From contig OZ037768.1 in the NCBI GenBank assembly GCA_964035545.1, positions 15,013,675-15,077,674 of the forward strand: DNA of 64,000 nucleotides, written 5' to 3'. The translations under genes were made by a program, and so were the position numbers. Of this stretch, positions 1 through 15,900 are shown one piece after another. Source of the stretch: Bugula neritina (Eukaryota > Animalia > Bryozoa). Within the stretch, counting starts at the first letter, position 1; each line of letters starts with the position of its first letter. Below the pieces are notes generated by a model. The model made no database searches. It worked only from the letters and a program-made list of their open reading frames with translations, and had not been told where the DNA came from.

Positions 1-2309
1 TACTGCAACATAATGAAGTATACTGCAACAGACTATAATATACTGCAACATACTGAAATACACTGTAACATATTGAAATACACTGCAACACACTGAAATA
101 TATTGAAACATACCGAAATATATGGTAACCTACTGAAATATGTTGCAAACCACTGAAACATACTGCATCATCCTGCAACAAAATGAAGTATACGGTAACA
201 CTGAAGCATACTGCAACATACTGTAACATACTAAGACATACTGCAACATACCAACAAATATGGTAACCTACTGAAATATGTTACAAACTATTGAAATATA
301 CTGCAGCATACTGCAACATAATGAAATATACTGCAACATACTGAAAGATACTGCAACATACTGAAATACACTATAGAATACCGAAATATACTGCAACATA
401 CTGAAATATACTGCAAGATACTGCAAAATACTGAAAAACATTGTAAGATACCTAAATACACTGCAACATACTGCAACATACTGCAACATATTGAAATACA
501 CTGTAACATATTGAAAAACACTGCCACACATTGAAATATACCGCAACATACCGAAGTATATGGTAGCCTACTGAAATATACTGCGACATACTGAAATACA
601 CTGTAACATACTAAAATACACTGCAACATACTGAAATACACTGTAACATATTAAAATACACTGCAACACACTGAAATATACTGAAACATACCGAAATATA
701 TGGTAACCCACTGAAATATGTTGCAAACCACTGAAATATACTGCAACATACTGCAACATAATGAAGTATACTGCAACAGACTGAAATATACGGCAAGAAA
801 CTGCAACACACTGAAATACACTGTAACATACTGAAGTACACTGCAACATACTGAAATATACTGCATGATACTGCAACATACTCATACACATTGTAAGATA
901 CTGAAATACACTGCAACATACCGCAACATACTGCAACGTATTGAAATACACTGTAACATATTGAAAAACACTGCAACACATTGAAATATACTGCAACATA
1001 CTGAAACATACGGCAACATACTGAAATATACTGCGACACATTGAAATATAGTGCAACATACTGAAATATGCTGTAGCATACTGAAATACACTGCAATACA
1101 CTGAAGTATACTGTAATATACAGATTCGTACTGTAACATACTGAAACATACGGCAACATACTAAAATATACTGCGACACATTGAAAGATACTGCAACATA
1201 CTGAAATACACCGTAACATACTAAACTCCACTGCGACATTTTGAAATACACTGTAACACATTAAAATACACTGCAACACATTGAATTATACTGAAATACA
1301 TTGTAGGATACTGAAATACACTGCAAGATAATGCAACATAATGGAATATATGGTAACCTACTGAAATATGTTGAAAACTACTGAAATATACTGCAACATA
1401 ATGCAACATAATGAAAGATACTGCAACATACTGATATAAACTGCAAGATACTGCAACATACTGAAATACACTGCAACACACTGAAGTATACTGTAATATA
1501 CAGAAATGTACTGTAAAATACTGAAATATACTTCAACATACTGAAAACTACCTAAAAACATTGAAACATACTGATATACACTGAAACATACTGAAATACA
1601 CTGCAACACATTGGAATATACTGCAACATACTGAAATATATGGTAACCTACTGAAGTATGTTGCAAACAACTGAAATATACTGCAACATACTGAAATACA
1701 GCGTAACATACTGAAATACACTGCAACATACTGAAATACACTGTAACATATTGAAATACACTGCAACACACTGAAATATACTGAAACATACCGCAATATA
1801 TGGTAACCTACTGTAATATGTTGCAAACCACTGAAACATACTGCATCATCCTGCAACAAAATGAAATATACGGTAACACTGAAGCATACTGCAATATACT
1901 GAGATATACTGTAACATACTAAGACATACTGCAACATACCGAAAAATATGGTAACCTACTGAAATATGTTACAAACTACTGAAACATACTGCAACATACT
2001 GCAACATAATGAAAAATACTGCAACATACTGAAAGATACTGCAACATAATGCAACATACTGAAATACACTATAGAATATTGAAATATACTGCAACATACT
2101 GAAATATACAGCAAGATACTGCGAAATACTGAAATACATAGTAAGATACCTAAATACACTGCAACATACTGCAACATACTGCAACATATTGAAATACACT
2201 GTAACATATTGAAAAACACTGCAACACATTGAAATATACCGCAACACACCAAAGTATATGGTAGCCTACTGAAATATACTGCGACATACTGAAATACACT
2301 GTAACGTAT

Positions 2310-5300
2310 TGAAATACACTGCAACATACTGAAATACACTGTAACATATTAAAATACACTGCAACACACTGAAATATACTGAAACATACTGAAATACGCC
2401 GTAACATACTGAAATACATTGCAACATACTGAAATACGCTGTAACAAATTGAAATACACTGCAACACACTGAAATATACTGAAACATACCGAAATATAAG
2501 GTAACCTACTGAAATATGTTGAAAACTACTGAAATATACTGCAACATAATGCAACATTATGAAAGATACTGCAACATACTGAAATAAACTGCAAGATACT
2601 GCAACATACTGAAATACACTGCAACACACTGAAGTATACTGTAATATACAGAAATGTACTGTAAAATACTGAAATATACTTCAACATACTGAAAAATACC
2701 TAAAAATATTGAAACATACTGATATACACTGAAACATACTGAAATACACTGCAACACATTGGAATATACTGCAACATACCGAAATATATGGTAACCTACT
2801 GAAGTATGTTGCAAACTACTGAAATATACTGCAACATACTGAAATACGCCGTAACATACTGAAATACACTGCAACATACTGAAATACACTGTAACAAATT
2901 GAAATACACTGCAACACACTGAAATATACTGAAACATACCGAAATATAAGGTAACCTACTGAAATATGTTGCAAACCACTAAAACATACTGCATAATCCT
3001 GCAACAAAATGAAATAAACGGTAACACTGAAGCAAACTGCAATATACTGAGATATACTGCAACATACTAAGACATACTGCAACATACCTAAATATATGGT
3101 AACCGACTGAAATATGTTGCAAACGACTGAAATATACTGCCACATACTGCAACATATTGAAGTATACTGCAACATACTGAAATATACTGCAACATACTGA
3201 AATACACTGTAACATACTGAAATACACTGCAACATACTGAAATATACTGCAAGATACTGCAACATACTGAAACACATTGTAAGATACTGAAATACACTGC
3301 AACATACCGCAACATACTGCAACGTATTGAAATACACTGTAACATATTGAAAACACTGCAACACATTGAAATATACTGCAACATACTGAAACATACGGCA
3401 ACATGCTGAAAAATACTGCGACACATTGAAATATAGTGCAACATACTGAAATATGCTGTAGCATACTGAAATACACTGCAATACACTGAAGTATACTGTA
3501 ATATACAGATTCGTACTGTAACATACTGAAACATACGGCAACATACTAAAATATACTGCGACACATTGAAATATATCGCAACATACTGAAATACACCGTA
3601 ACATACTAAACTCCACTGCAACATTCTGAAATACACTGTAACACATTGAAGTACACTGCAACACATGGAATTATACTGAAATACATTGTAAGATACGGAA
3701 ACACACTGCAACATACTGCAACATAATGAAATATATGGTAACCTACTGAAATATGTTGAAAACTACTGAAATATACTGCAACATTATGCAACATAATGAA
3801 AGATACTGCAATATACTGAAATAAACTGCAAGATACTGCAACATACTGAAATACATTGTAACATACTGAAAAACACTGTAACATATTGAAATACACTGCG
3901 ACATACTGCAACATACTGAAAAACGCTGTAACATATTGAAATACACTGCAACACATTGAAATATTCCGCAACATACCGAGATATATGGTAAGCTAATGAG
4001 ATATACTGTAACACGTTGAAGTACACTGCAACATACTGAAATACACTGCAACACACTAAATTATACTGTAATTTACAGAAATGTACTGCAACATACTGAA
4101 ATATACTGCAAGATACTGCAACATACTGAAATACACTGTAACATACTGAAATACTCTGCAACATACTGAAATATACTGCATGATACTGCAACATACTGAT
4201 ACACATTGTAAGATACTGAAATGCACTGCAACATACTGAAATATACTGCATGATACTGCAACATACTCATACACATTGTAAGATACTGAAATACACTGCA
4301 ACATACCGCAACATACTGCAACGTATTGAATTACACTGTAACATATTGAAAAACACTGCAACACATTGAAACATACTGCAACATACTGAAACATACCGCA
4401 ACATACTGAAATATACTGCGACACATTGAAATATAGTGCAACATACTGAAATATGCTGTAGCATACTGAAATACACTGCAATACACTGAAGTATACTGTA
4501 ATATACAGAAACGTACTGTAACATACTGAAACATACGGCAACATACTACAATATACTGTGACACATCGAAGTATACTGCAACATACTGAAATACACCGTA
4601 ACATACTGAAATACACTGCAACATACTGAAATACACTGTAACATATTAAAATACACTGCAACACACTGAAATATACTGAAACATACTGAAATACGCCGTA
4701 ACATACTGAAATACATTGCAACATACTGAAATACGCTGTAACAAATTGAAATACACTGCAACACACTGAAATATACTGAAACATACCGAAATATAAGGTA
4801 ACCTACTGAAATATGTTGAAAACTACTGAAATATACTGCAACATAATGCAACATTATGAAAGATACTGCAACATACTGAAATAAACTGCAAGATACTGCA
4901 ACATACTGAAATACACTGCAACACACTGAAGTATACTGTAATATACAGAAATGTACTGTAAAATACTGAAATATACTTCAACATACTGAAAAATACCTAA
5001 AAATATTGAAACATACTGATATACACTGAAACATACTGAAATACACTGCAACACATTGGAATATACTGCAACATACCGAAATATATGGTAACCTACTGAA
5101 GTATGTTGCAAACTACTGAAATATACTGCAACATACTGAAATACGCCGTAACATACTGAAATACACTGCAACATACTGAAATACACTGTAACAAATTGAA
5201 ATACACTGCAACACACTGAAATATACTGAAACATACCGAAATATAAGGTAACCTACTGAAATATGTTGCAAACCACTAAAACATACTGCATAATCCTGCA

Positions 5301-6945
5301 ACAAAATGAAATAAACGGTAACACTGAAGCAAACTGCAATATACTGAGATATACTGCAACATACTAAGACATACTGCAACATACCTAAATATATGGTAAC
5401 CGACTGAAATATGTTGCAAACGACTGAAATATACTGCCACATACTGCAACATATTGAAGTATACTGCAACATACTGAAATATACTGCAACATACTGAAAT
5501 ACACTGTAACATACTGAAATACACTGCAACATACTGAAATATACTGCAAGATACTGCAACATACTGAAACACATTGTAAGATACTGAAATACACTGCAAC
5601 ATACCGCAACATACTGCAACGTATTGAAATACACTGTAACATATTGAAAAACACTGCAACACATTGAAATATACTGCAACATACTGAAACATACGGCAAC
5701 ATACTGAAAAATACTGCGACACATTGAAATATAGTGCAACATACTGAAATATGCTGTAGCATACTGAAATACACTGCAATACACTGAAGTATACTGTAAT
5801 ATACAGATTCGTACTGTAACATACTGAAACATACGGCAACATACTAAAATATACTGCGACACATTGAAATATACCGCAACATACTGAAATACACCGTAAC
5901 ATACTAAACTCCACTGCAACATTCTGAAATACACTGTAACACATTGAAGTACACTGCAACACATGGAATTATACTGAAATACATTGTAAGATACGGAAAC
6001 ACACTGCAACATACTGCAACATAATGAAATATATGGTAACCTACTGAAATATGTTGAAAACTACTGAAATATACTGCAACATTATGCAACATAATGAAAG
6101 ATACTGCAATATACTGAAATAAACTGCAAGATACTGCAACATACTGAAATACATTGTAACATACTGAAAAACACTGTAACATATTGAAATACACTGCGAC
6201 ATACTGCAACATACTGAAAAACGCTGTAACATATTGAAATACACTGCAACACATTGAAATATTCCGCAACATACCGAGATATATGGTAAGCTAATGAGAT
6301 ATACTGTAACACGTTGAAGTACACTGCAACATACTGAAATACACTGCAACACACTAAATTATACTGTAATTTACAGAAATGTACTGCAACATACTGAAAT
6401 ATACTGCAAGATACTGCAACATACTGAAATACACTGTAACATACTGAAATACACTGCAACATACTGAAATATACTGCATGATACTGCAACATACTGATAC
6501 ACATTGTAAGATACTGAAATGCACTGCAACATACTGAAATATACTGCATGATACTGCAACATACTCATACACATTGTAAGATACTGAAATACACTGCAAC
6601 ATACCGCAACATACTGCAACGTATTGAATTACACTGTAACATATTGAAAAACACTGCAACACATTGAAACATACTGCAACATACTGAAACATACCGCAAC
6701 ATACTGAAATATACTGCGACACATTGAAATATAGTGCAACATACTGAAATATGCTGTAGCATACTGAAATACACTGCAATACACTGAAGTATACTGTAAT
6801 ATACAGAAACGTACTGTAACATACTGAAACATACGGCAACATACTACAATATACTGTGACACATCGAAGTATACTGCAACATACTGAAATACACCGTAAC
6901 ATACTGAAATACACTGCAACATACTGAAATACACTGTAACATATT
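2310..6945. repeat. Higher-order tandem duplication, 2 x ~2297/2298 bp
   Basis: ORF-track twins are offset by 2297 (2557/4854), then by 2298 (3606/5904) after a 1-bp deletion near 3350. Shared rare variants include ACATTATGAAAG, GAAGCAAACTG and ACACATCGAAG. Confidence 0.92.
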
Positions 6946-9900
6946 GAAATACACTGCAACACACTGAAATAAACTGAAACATACCGAAATATATGGTAAC
7001 CTACTGAAATATGTTGCAAACCACTAAAACATACTGCATCATCCTGCAACAAAATGAAATTTACGGTAACACTGAAGCATACTGCAATATACTGAAATAT
7101 ACTGTAACATACTAAGACATACTGCAACATACCGAAAAATACGGTAACCTACTGAAATATGTTACAAACTACTGAAACATACTGCAACATACTGCAACAT
7201 AATGAAATATACTGCAACATACTGAAAGATACTGCAACATACTGAAATACACTATAGAATACCCAAATATACTGCAACATACTGAAATATACTGCAAGAT
7301 ACTGCAAAATACTGAAGTACATTGTAAGATACCTAAATACACTGCAACATACTGCAACATACTGCAACATATTGAAATACACTGTAACATATTGAAAAAC
7401 AATGCAACACATTGAAATATACCGCAACATACCGAAGTATATGGTAGCCTACTGAAATATACTGCGACATACTGAAATACACTGTAACGTACTGAAATAC
7501 ACTGCAACATACTGAAATACACTTTAACATATTAAAATACACTGCAACACACTGAAATATACTGAAACATACTGAAATATATGGTAACCCACTGAAATCT
7601 GTTGCAAACGACTGAAATGTACTGCAACATACTGCAACATAATGAATAATACTGCAACATACTGAAAAATACTGCAAGATACTGCAACATACTGATACAC
7701 ATTGTAAGATACTGAAATACACTGCAACATACCGCAACATACTGCAACGTATTGAAATACACTGTAACATATTGAAAAACACTGCAACACATTGAAATAT
7801 ACTGCAACATACTGAAACATACGGCAACATACTGAAATATACTGCGAACACATTGAAATATAGTGCAACATACTGAAATATGCTGTAGCATACTGAAATA
7901 CACTGCAATACACTGAAATATACTGTAATATACAGATTCGTACTGTAACATACTGAAACATACGGCAACATACTAAAATATACTGCGACACATTGAAATA
8001 TACTGCAACATACTGAAATACACCGTAACATACTAAACTCCACTGCAACATTCTGAAATACACTGTAACACATTGAAATACACTGCAACACAGGGAATTA
8101 TACTGAAATACATTGTAAGATACGGAAACACACTGCAACATACTGTAACATAATGAAATATAAGGTAACCTACTGAAATATGTTGAAAACTACTGAAATA
8201 TACTGCAACATAATGCAACATAATGAAAGATACTGCAACATACTGAAATAAACTGCAAAATACTGCAACATACTGAAATACACTGCAACACACTGAAGTA
8301 TACTGTAATATACAGAAATGTACTGTAAAATACTGAAATATACTTCAACATACTGAAAAATACCTAAAAATATTGAAACATACTGATATACACTGAAACA
8401 TACTGAAATACACTGCAACACATTGGAATATACTGCAACATACCGAAATATATGGTAACCTACTGAAGTATGTTGCAAACTACTGAAATATACTGCAACA
8501 TACTGAAATACGCCGTAACATACTGAAATACACTGCAACATACTGAAATACACTGTAACATATTGAAATACACTGCAACACACTGAAATATACTGAAACA
8601 TACCGAAATATATGGTAACCTACTGAAATATGTTGCAAACCACTGAAACATACTGCATCATCCTGCAACAAAATGAAATATACGGTAACACTGAAGCATA
8701 CTGCAATTTACTGAAATATACTGTAACATACTAAGACATACTGCAACATACCGAAAAATATGGTAACCTACTGAAATATGTTACAAACTACTGAAACATA
8801 CTGCAACATACTGCAACATAATGAAATATACTGCAACATAATGAAATATACTGCAACATACTGAAAGATACTGCAAGTTACTGCAAAATACTGAAATACA
8901 TTGTAAGATACCTAAATACACTGCAACATACTGCAACATACTGCAACGTATTGAAATACACTGTAACATATTGAAAAATACTGCAACACATTGAAATATA
9001 CTGCAACATACTAAAACATACGGCAACATACTGAAATATACTGCGACACATTGAAATATAGTGCAACATACTGAAATATGCTGTAGCATACTGAAATACA
9101 CTGCAATACACTGAAGTATACTGTAATATACAGAAACGTACTGTAACATACTGAAACATACGGCAACATACTAAAATATACTGCGACACATTGAAACATA
9201 CTGCAACATACTGAAATACACCAAAACATACTAAACTCCCCTGCAACATTCTGAAATACACTGTAACACATTGAAATACACTGCAACACAGTGAATTGCA
9301 CTGAAATACATTGTAAGATACGGAAACACACTGCAACATACTGCAACATAATGAAATATATGGTAACCTACTGAAATATGTTGAAAACTACTGAAATATA
9401 CTGCAACATTATGCAACATAATGAAAGATACTGCAATATACTGAAATAAACTGCAAGATACTGCAACATACTGAAATACACTGTAACATACTGAAATACA
9501 CTGTAACATATTGAAATACACTGCGACATACTGCAACATACTGAAAAACGCTGTAACATATTGAAATACACTGCAAGACATTGAAATATTCCGCAACATA
9601 CCGAAATATATGGTAACCTAATGAGATATACTGTAACACGTTGAAGTACACTGCAACATACTGAAATACACTGCAACACACTAACTTATACTGTAATTTA
9701 CAGAAATGTACTGCAACATACTGGAATATACTGCAAGATACTGCAACATACTGAAATACACTGTAACATACTGCAATACACTGCAACATACTGAAATATA
9801 CTGCATGATACTGCAACATACTGATACACATTGTAAGATACTGAAATGCACTGCAACATACTGAAATATACTGCACGATACTGCAACATACTCATACACA

Positions 9901-12900
9901 TTGTAAGATACTGAAATACACTGCAACATACCGCAACATACTGCAACGTATTGAAATACACTGTAACATATTGAAAAACACTGCAACACATTGAAATATA
10001 CCGCAACATACTGAAACATACGGCAACATACTGAAATGTACTGCGACACATTGAGATATAATGCAACATACTGAAATATGCTGTAGCATACTGAAATACA
10101 CTGCAATACACTGAAGTATACTGTAATATACAGAAACGTACTGTAACATACTGAAACATACGGCAACATACTACAATATACTGTGACACATTGAAGTATA
10201 CTGCAACATACTGAAATACACCGTAACATACTGAAATACACTGCAACATACTGAAATACACTGTCACATATTAAAATACACTGCAACACACTGAAATATA
10301 CTGAAACATACCGAAATATATGGTAACCTACTGAAATATGTTGCAAACCACTGAAACATACTGCATCATCCTGCAACAAAATGAAATATACGGTAACACT
10401 GAAGCATACTGCAATATACTGAAATATACTGTAACATACTAAGACATACTGCAACATACCGAAAGATATGGTAACCTACTGAAATATGTTACAAACTACT
10501 GAAACATACTGCAACATACTGCAACATAATGAAATATACTGCAACATAATGAAATATACTGCAACATACTGAAAGATACTGCAAGTTACTGCAAAATACT
10601 GAAATACATTGTAAGATACCTAAATACACTGCAACATACTGCAACATACTGCAACATTTTGAAATACACGGTAACATATTGAAAAACACTGCAACACATT
10701 GAAATATACCGCAACATACCGAAGTATATGGTAGCCTACTGAAATATGCTGCGACATACTGAAATACACTGTAACGTACTGAAATACACTGCAACATACT
10801 GAAATACACTGTAACATATTAAAATACACTGCAACACACTGAAATATACTGAAACATACCGAAATATATGGTAACCCACTGAAATATGTTGCAAACCACT
10901 GAAATATACTGCAACATACTGCAACATAATGAAGTATAATGCAACAGACTGAAATATACTGCAACATACTGAAATACACTGTAACATATTGAAATACACT
11001 GCAACACACTGAAATATACTGAAACATACCGAAATATATGGTAACCTACTGAAATATGCTGCAAACCACTGAAACATACTGCATCATCCTGCAACAAAAT
11101 GAAGTATACGGTAACACTGAAGCATACTGCAACATACTGTAACATACTAAGACATACTGCAACATACCGAAAAATATGGTAACCTACTGAAATATGTTAC
11201 AAACTATTGAAATATACTGCAGCATACCGCAACATAATGAAATATACTGCAACATACTGAAAGATACTGCAACATACTGAAATACACTATAGAATACCAA
11301 AATATACTGCAACATACTGAAATATACTGCAAGATACTGCAAAATACTGAAATACATTGTAAGATACCTAAATACACTGCAACATACTGCAACATACTGC
11401 AACATATTGAAATACACTGTAACATATTGAAAAACACTGCAAAACATTGAAATATACCGCAACATACCGAAGTATATGGTAGCCTACTGAAATATACTGC
11501 GACACATTGAGATATAGTGCAACATACTGAAATATGCTGTAGCATACTGAAATACACTGCAATGCACTGAAGTATACTGTAATATACAGAAACGTACTGT
11601 AACATACTGAAACATACGGCAACATGCTACAATATACTGTGACACATTGAAGTATACTGCAACATACTGAAATACACTGTAACATACTGAAATACACTGC
11701 AACATACTGAAATACACTGTCACATATTAAAATACACTGCAACACACTGAAATATACTGAAACATACCGAAATATATGGTAACCTACTGAAATATGTTGC
11801 AAACCACTGAAACATACTGCATCATCCTGCAACAAAATGAAATATACGGTAACACTGAAGCATACTGCAATATACTGAAATATACTGTAACGTACTAAGA
11901 CATACTGCAACATACCGAAAAATATGGTAACCTACTGAAATATGTTACAAACTACTGAAACATACTGCAACATACTGCAACATAATGAAATATACTGCAA
12001 CATAATGAAATATACTGCAACATACTGAAAGATACTGCAAGTTACTGCAAAATACTGAAATACATTGTAAGATACCTAAATACACTGCAACATACTGCAA
12101 CATACTGCAACATATTGAAATACACGGTAACATATTGAAAAACACTGCAACACATTGAAATATACCGCAACATACCGAAGTATATGGTAGCCTACTGAAA
12201 TATGCTGCGACATACTGAAATACACTGTAACGTACTGAAATACACTGCAACATACTGAAATACACTGTAACATATTAAAATACACTGCAACACACTGAAA
12301 TATACTGAAACATACCGAAATATATGGTAACCCACTGAAATATGTTGCAAACCACTGAAATATACTGCAACATACTGCAACATAATGAAGTATACTGCAA
12401 CAGACTGAAATATACTGCAACATACTGAAATACACTGTAACATATTGAAAAACACTGCAACACATTGAAATATACCGCAACATACCGAAGTATATGGTAG
12501 CCTACTGAAATATACTGCGACATACTGAAATACACTGTAACGTACTAAAATACACTGCAACATACTGAAATACACTGTAACATATTAAAATACACTGCAA
12601 CACACTGAAATATACTGAAACATACCGAAATATATGGTAACCCACTGAAATATGTTGCAAACCACTGAAATATACTGCAACATACTGCAACATAATGAAG
12701 TATACTACAACAGACTGAAATATACGGCAAAAAACTGCAACACACTGAAATACACTGTAACATACTGAAGTACACTGCAACATACTGAAATATACTGCAT
12801 GATACTGCAACATACTGATACACATTGTAAGATACTGAAATACACTGCAACATACCGCAACATACTGCAACGTATTGAAATACACTGTAACATATTGAAA

Positions 12901-15900
12901 AACACTGCAACACATTGAAATATACTGCAACATACTGAAACATACGGCAACATACTGAAATATACTGCGACACATTGAAATATAGTGCAACATACTGAAA
13001 TATGCTGTAGCATACTGAAATACACTGCAATACACTGAAGTATACTGTAATATACAGAAACGTACTGTAACATACTGAAACATACGGCAACATACTAAAA
13101 TATACTGCGACACATTGAAACATACTGCAACATACTGAAATACACCAAAACATACTAAACTCCCCTGCAACATTCTGAAATACACTGTAACACATTGAAA
13201 TACACTGCAACACAGTGAATTGCACTGAAATACATTGTAAGATACGGAAACACACTGCAACATACTGCAACATAATGAAATATATGGTAACCTACTGAAA
13301 TATGTTGAAAACTACTGAAATATACTGCAACATTATGCAACATAATGAAAGATACTGCAATATACTGAAATAAACTGCAAGATACTGCAACATACTGAAA
13401 TACACTGTAACATACTGAAATACACTGTAACATATTGAAATACACTGCGACATACTGCAACATACTGAAAAACGCTGTAACATATTGAAATACACTGCAA
13501 GACATTGAAATATTCCGCAACATACCGAAATATATGGTAACCTAATGAGATATACTGTAACACTTTGAAGTACACTGCAACATACTGAAATACACTGCAA
13601 CACACTAAATTATACTGTACTTTACAGAAGTGTACTGCAACATACTGGAATATACTGCAAGATACTGCAACATACTGAAATACACTGTAACATACTGCAA
13701 TACACTGCAACATACTGAAATATACTGCATGATACTGCAACATACTGATACACATTGTAAGATACTGAAATGCACTGCAACATACTGAAATATACTGCAT
13801 GATACTGCAACATACTCATACACATTGTAAGATACTGAAATACACTGCAACATACCGCAACATACTGCAACGTATTGAAATACACTGTAACATATTGAAA
13901 AACACTGCAACACATTGAAATATACTGCAACATACTGAAACATACGGCAACATACTGAAATGTACTGCGACACATTGAGATATAATGCAACATACTGAAA
14001 TATGCTGTAGCATACTGAAATACACTGCAATACACTGAAGTATACTGTAATATACAGAAATGACTGTAACATACTGAAACATACGGCAACATACTACAAT
14101 ATACTGTGACACATTGAAGTATGCTGCAACATACTGAAATACACCGTAACATACTGAAATACACTGCAACATACTGAAATACACTGTCACATATTAAAAT
14201 ACACTGCAACACACTGAAATATACTGAAACATACCGAAATATATGGTAACCTACTGAAATATGTTGCAAACCACTGAAACATACTGCATCATCCTGCAAC
14301 AAAATGAAATATACGGTAACACTGAAGCATACTGCAATATACTGAAATATACTGTAACATACTAAGACATACTGCATCATACCGAAAAATATGGTAACCT
14401 ACTGAAATATGTTACAAACTACTGAAACATACTGCAACATACTGCAACATAATGAAATATACTGCAACATAATGAAATATACTGCAACATACTGAAAGAT
14501 ACTGCAAGTTAGTGCAAAATACTGAAATACATTGTAAGATACCTAAATACACTGCAACATACTGCAACATTTTGAAATACACGGTAACATATTGAAAAAC
14601 ACTGCAACACATTGAAATATACCGCAACATACCGAAGTATATGGTAGCCTACTGAAATATGCTGCGACATACTGAAATACACTGTAACGTACTGAAATAC
14701 ACTGCAACATACTGAAATACACTGTAACATATTAAAATACACTGCAACACACTGAAATATACTGAAACATACCGAAATATATGGTAACCCACTGAAATAT
14801 GTTGCAAACCACTGAAATATACTGCAACATACTGCAACATAATGAAGTATACTGCAACAGACTGAAATATACTGCAACATACTGAAATACACTGTAACAT
14901 ATTGAAAAACACTGCAACACATTGAAATATACCGCAACATACCGAAGTATATGGTAGCCTACTGAAATATACTGCGACATACTGAAATACACTGTAACGT
15001 ACTAAAATACACTGCAACATACTGAAATACACTGTAACATATTAAAATACACTGCAAACCACTGAAATATACTGCAACATACTGCAACATAATGAAGTAT
15101 ACTGCAACAGACTGAAATATACTGCAACATACTGAAATACACTGTAACATATTGAAATACACTGCAACACACTGAAATATACTGAAACATACCGAAATAT
15201 ATGGTAACCTACTGAAATATGTTGCAAACCACTGAAACATACTGCATCATCCTGCAACAAAATGAAGTATACGGTAACACTGAAGCATACTGCAACATAC
15301 TGTAACATACTAAGACATACTGCAACATACCGAAAAATATGGCAACCTACTGAAATATGTTACAAACTATTGAAATATACTGCAGCATACTGCAACATAA
15401 TGAAATATACTGCAACATACTGAAAGATACTGCAACATACTGAAATACACTATAGAATACCGAAATATACTGCAACATACTGAAATATACTGCAAGATAC
15501 TGCAAAATACTGAAATACATTGTAAGATACCTAAATACACTGCAACATACTGCAACATACTGCAACATATTGAAATACACTGTAACATATTGAAAAACAC
15601 TGCAACACATTGAAATATACCGCAACATACCGAAGTATATGGTAGCCTACTGAAATATACTGCGACATACTGAAATACACTGTAACGTACTAAAATACAC
15701 TGCAACATACTGAAATACACTGTAACATATTAAAATACACTGCAACACACTGAAATATACTGAAACATACCGAAATATATGGTAACCCACTGAAATCTGT
15801 TGCAAACCACTGAAATATACTGCAACATACTGCAACATAATGAATAATACTGCAACATACTGAAAAATACTGCAAGATACTGCAACATACTGATACACAT

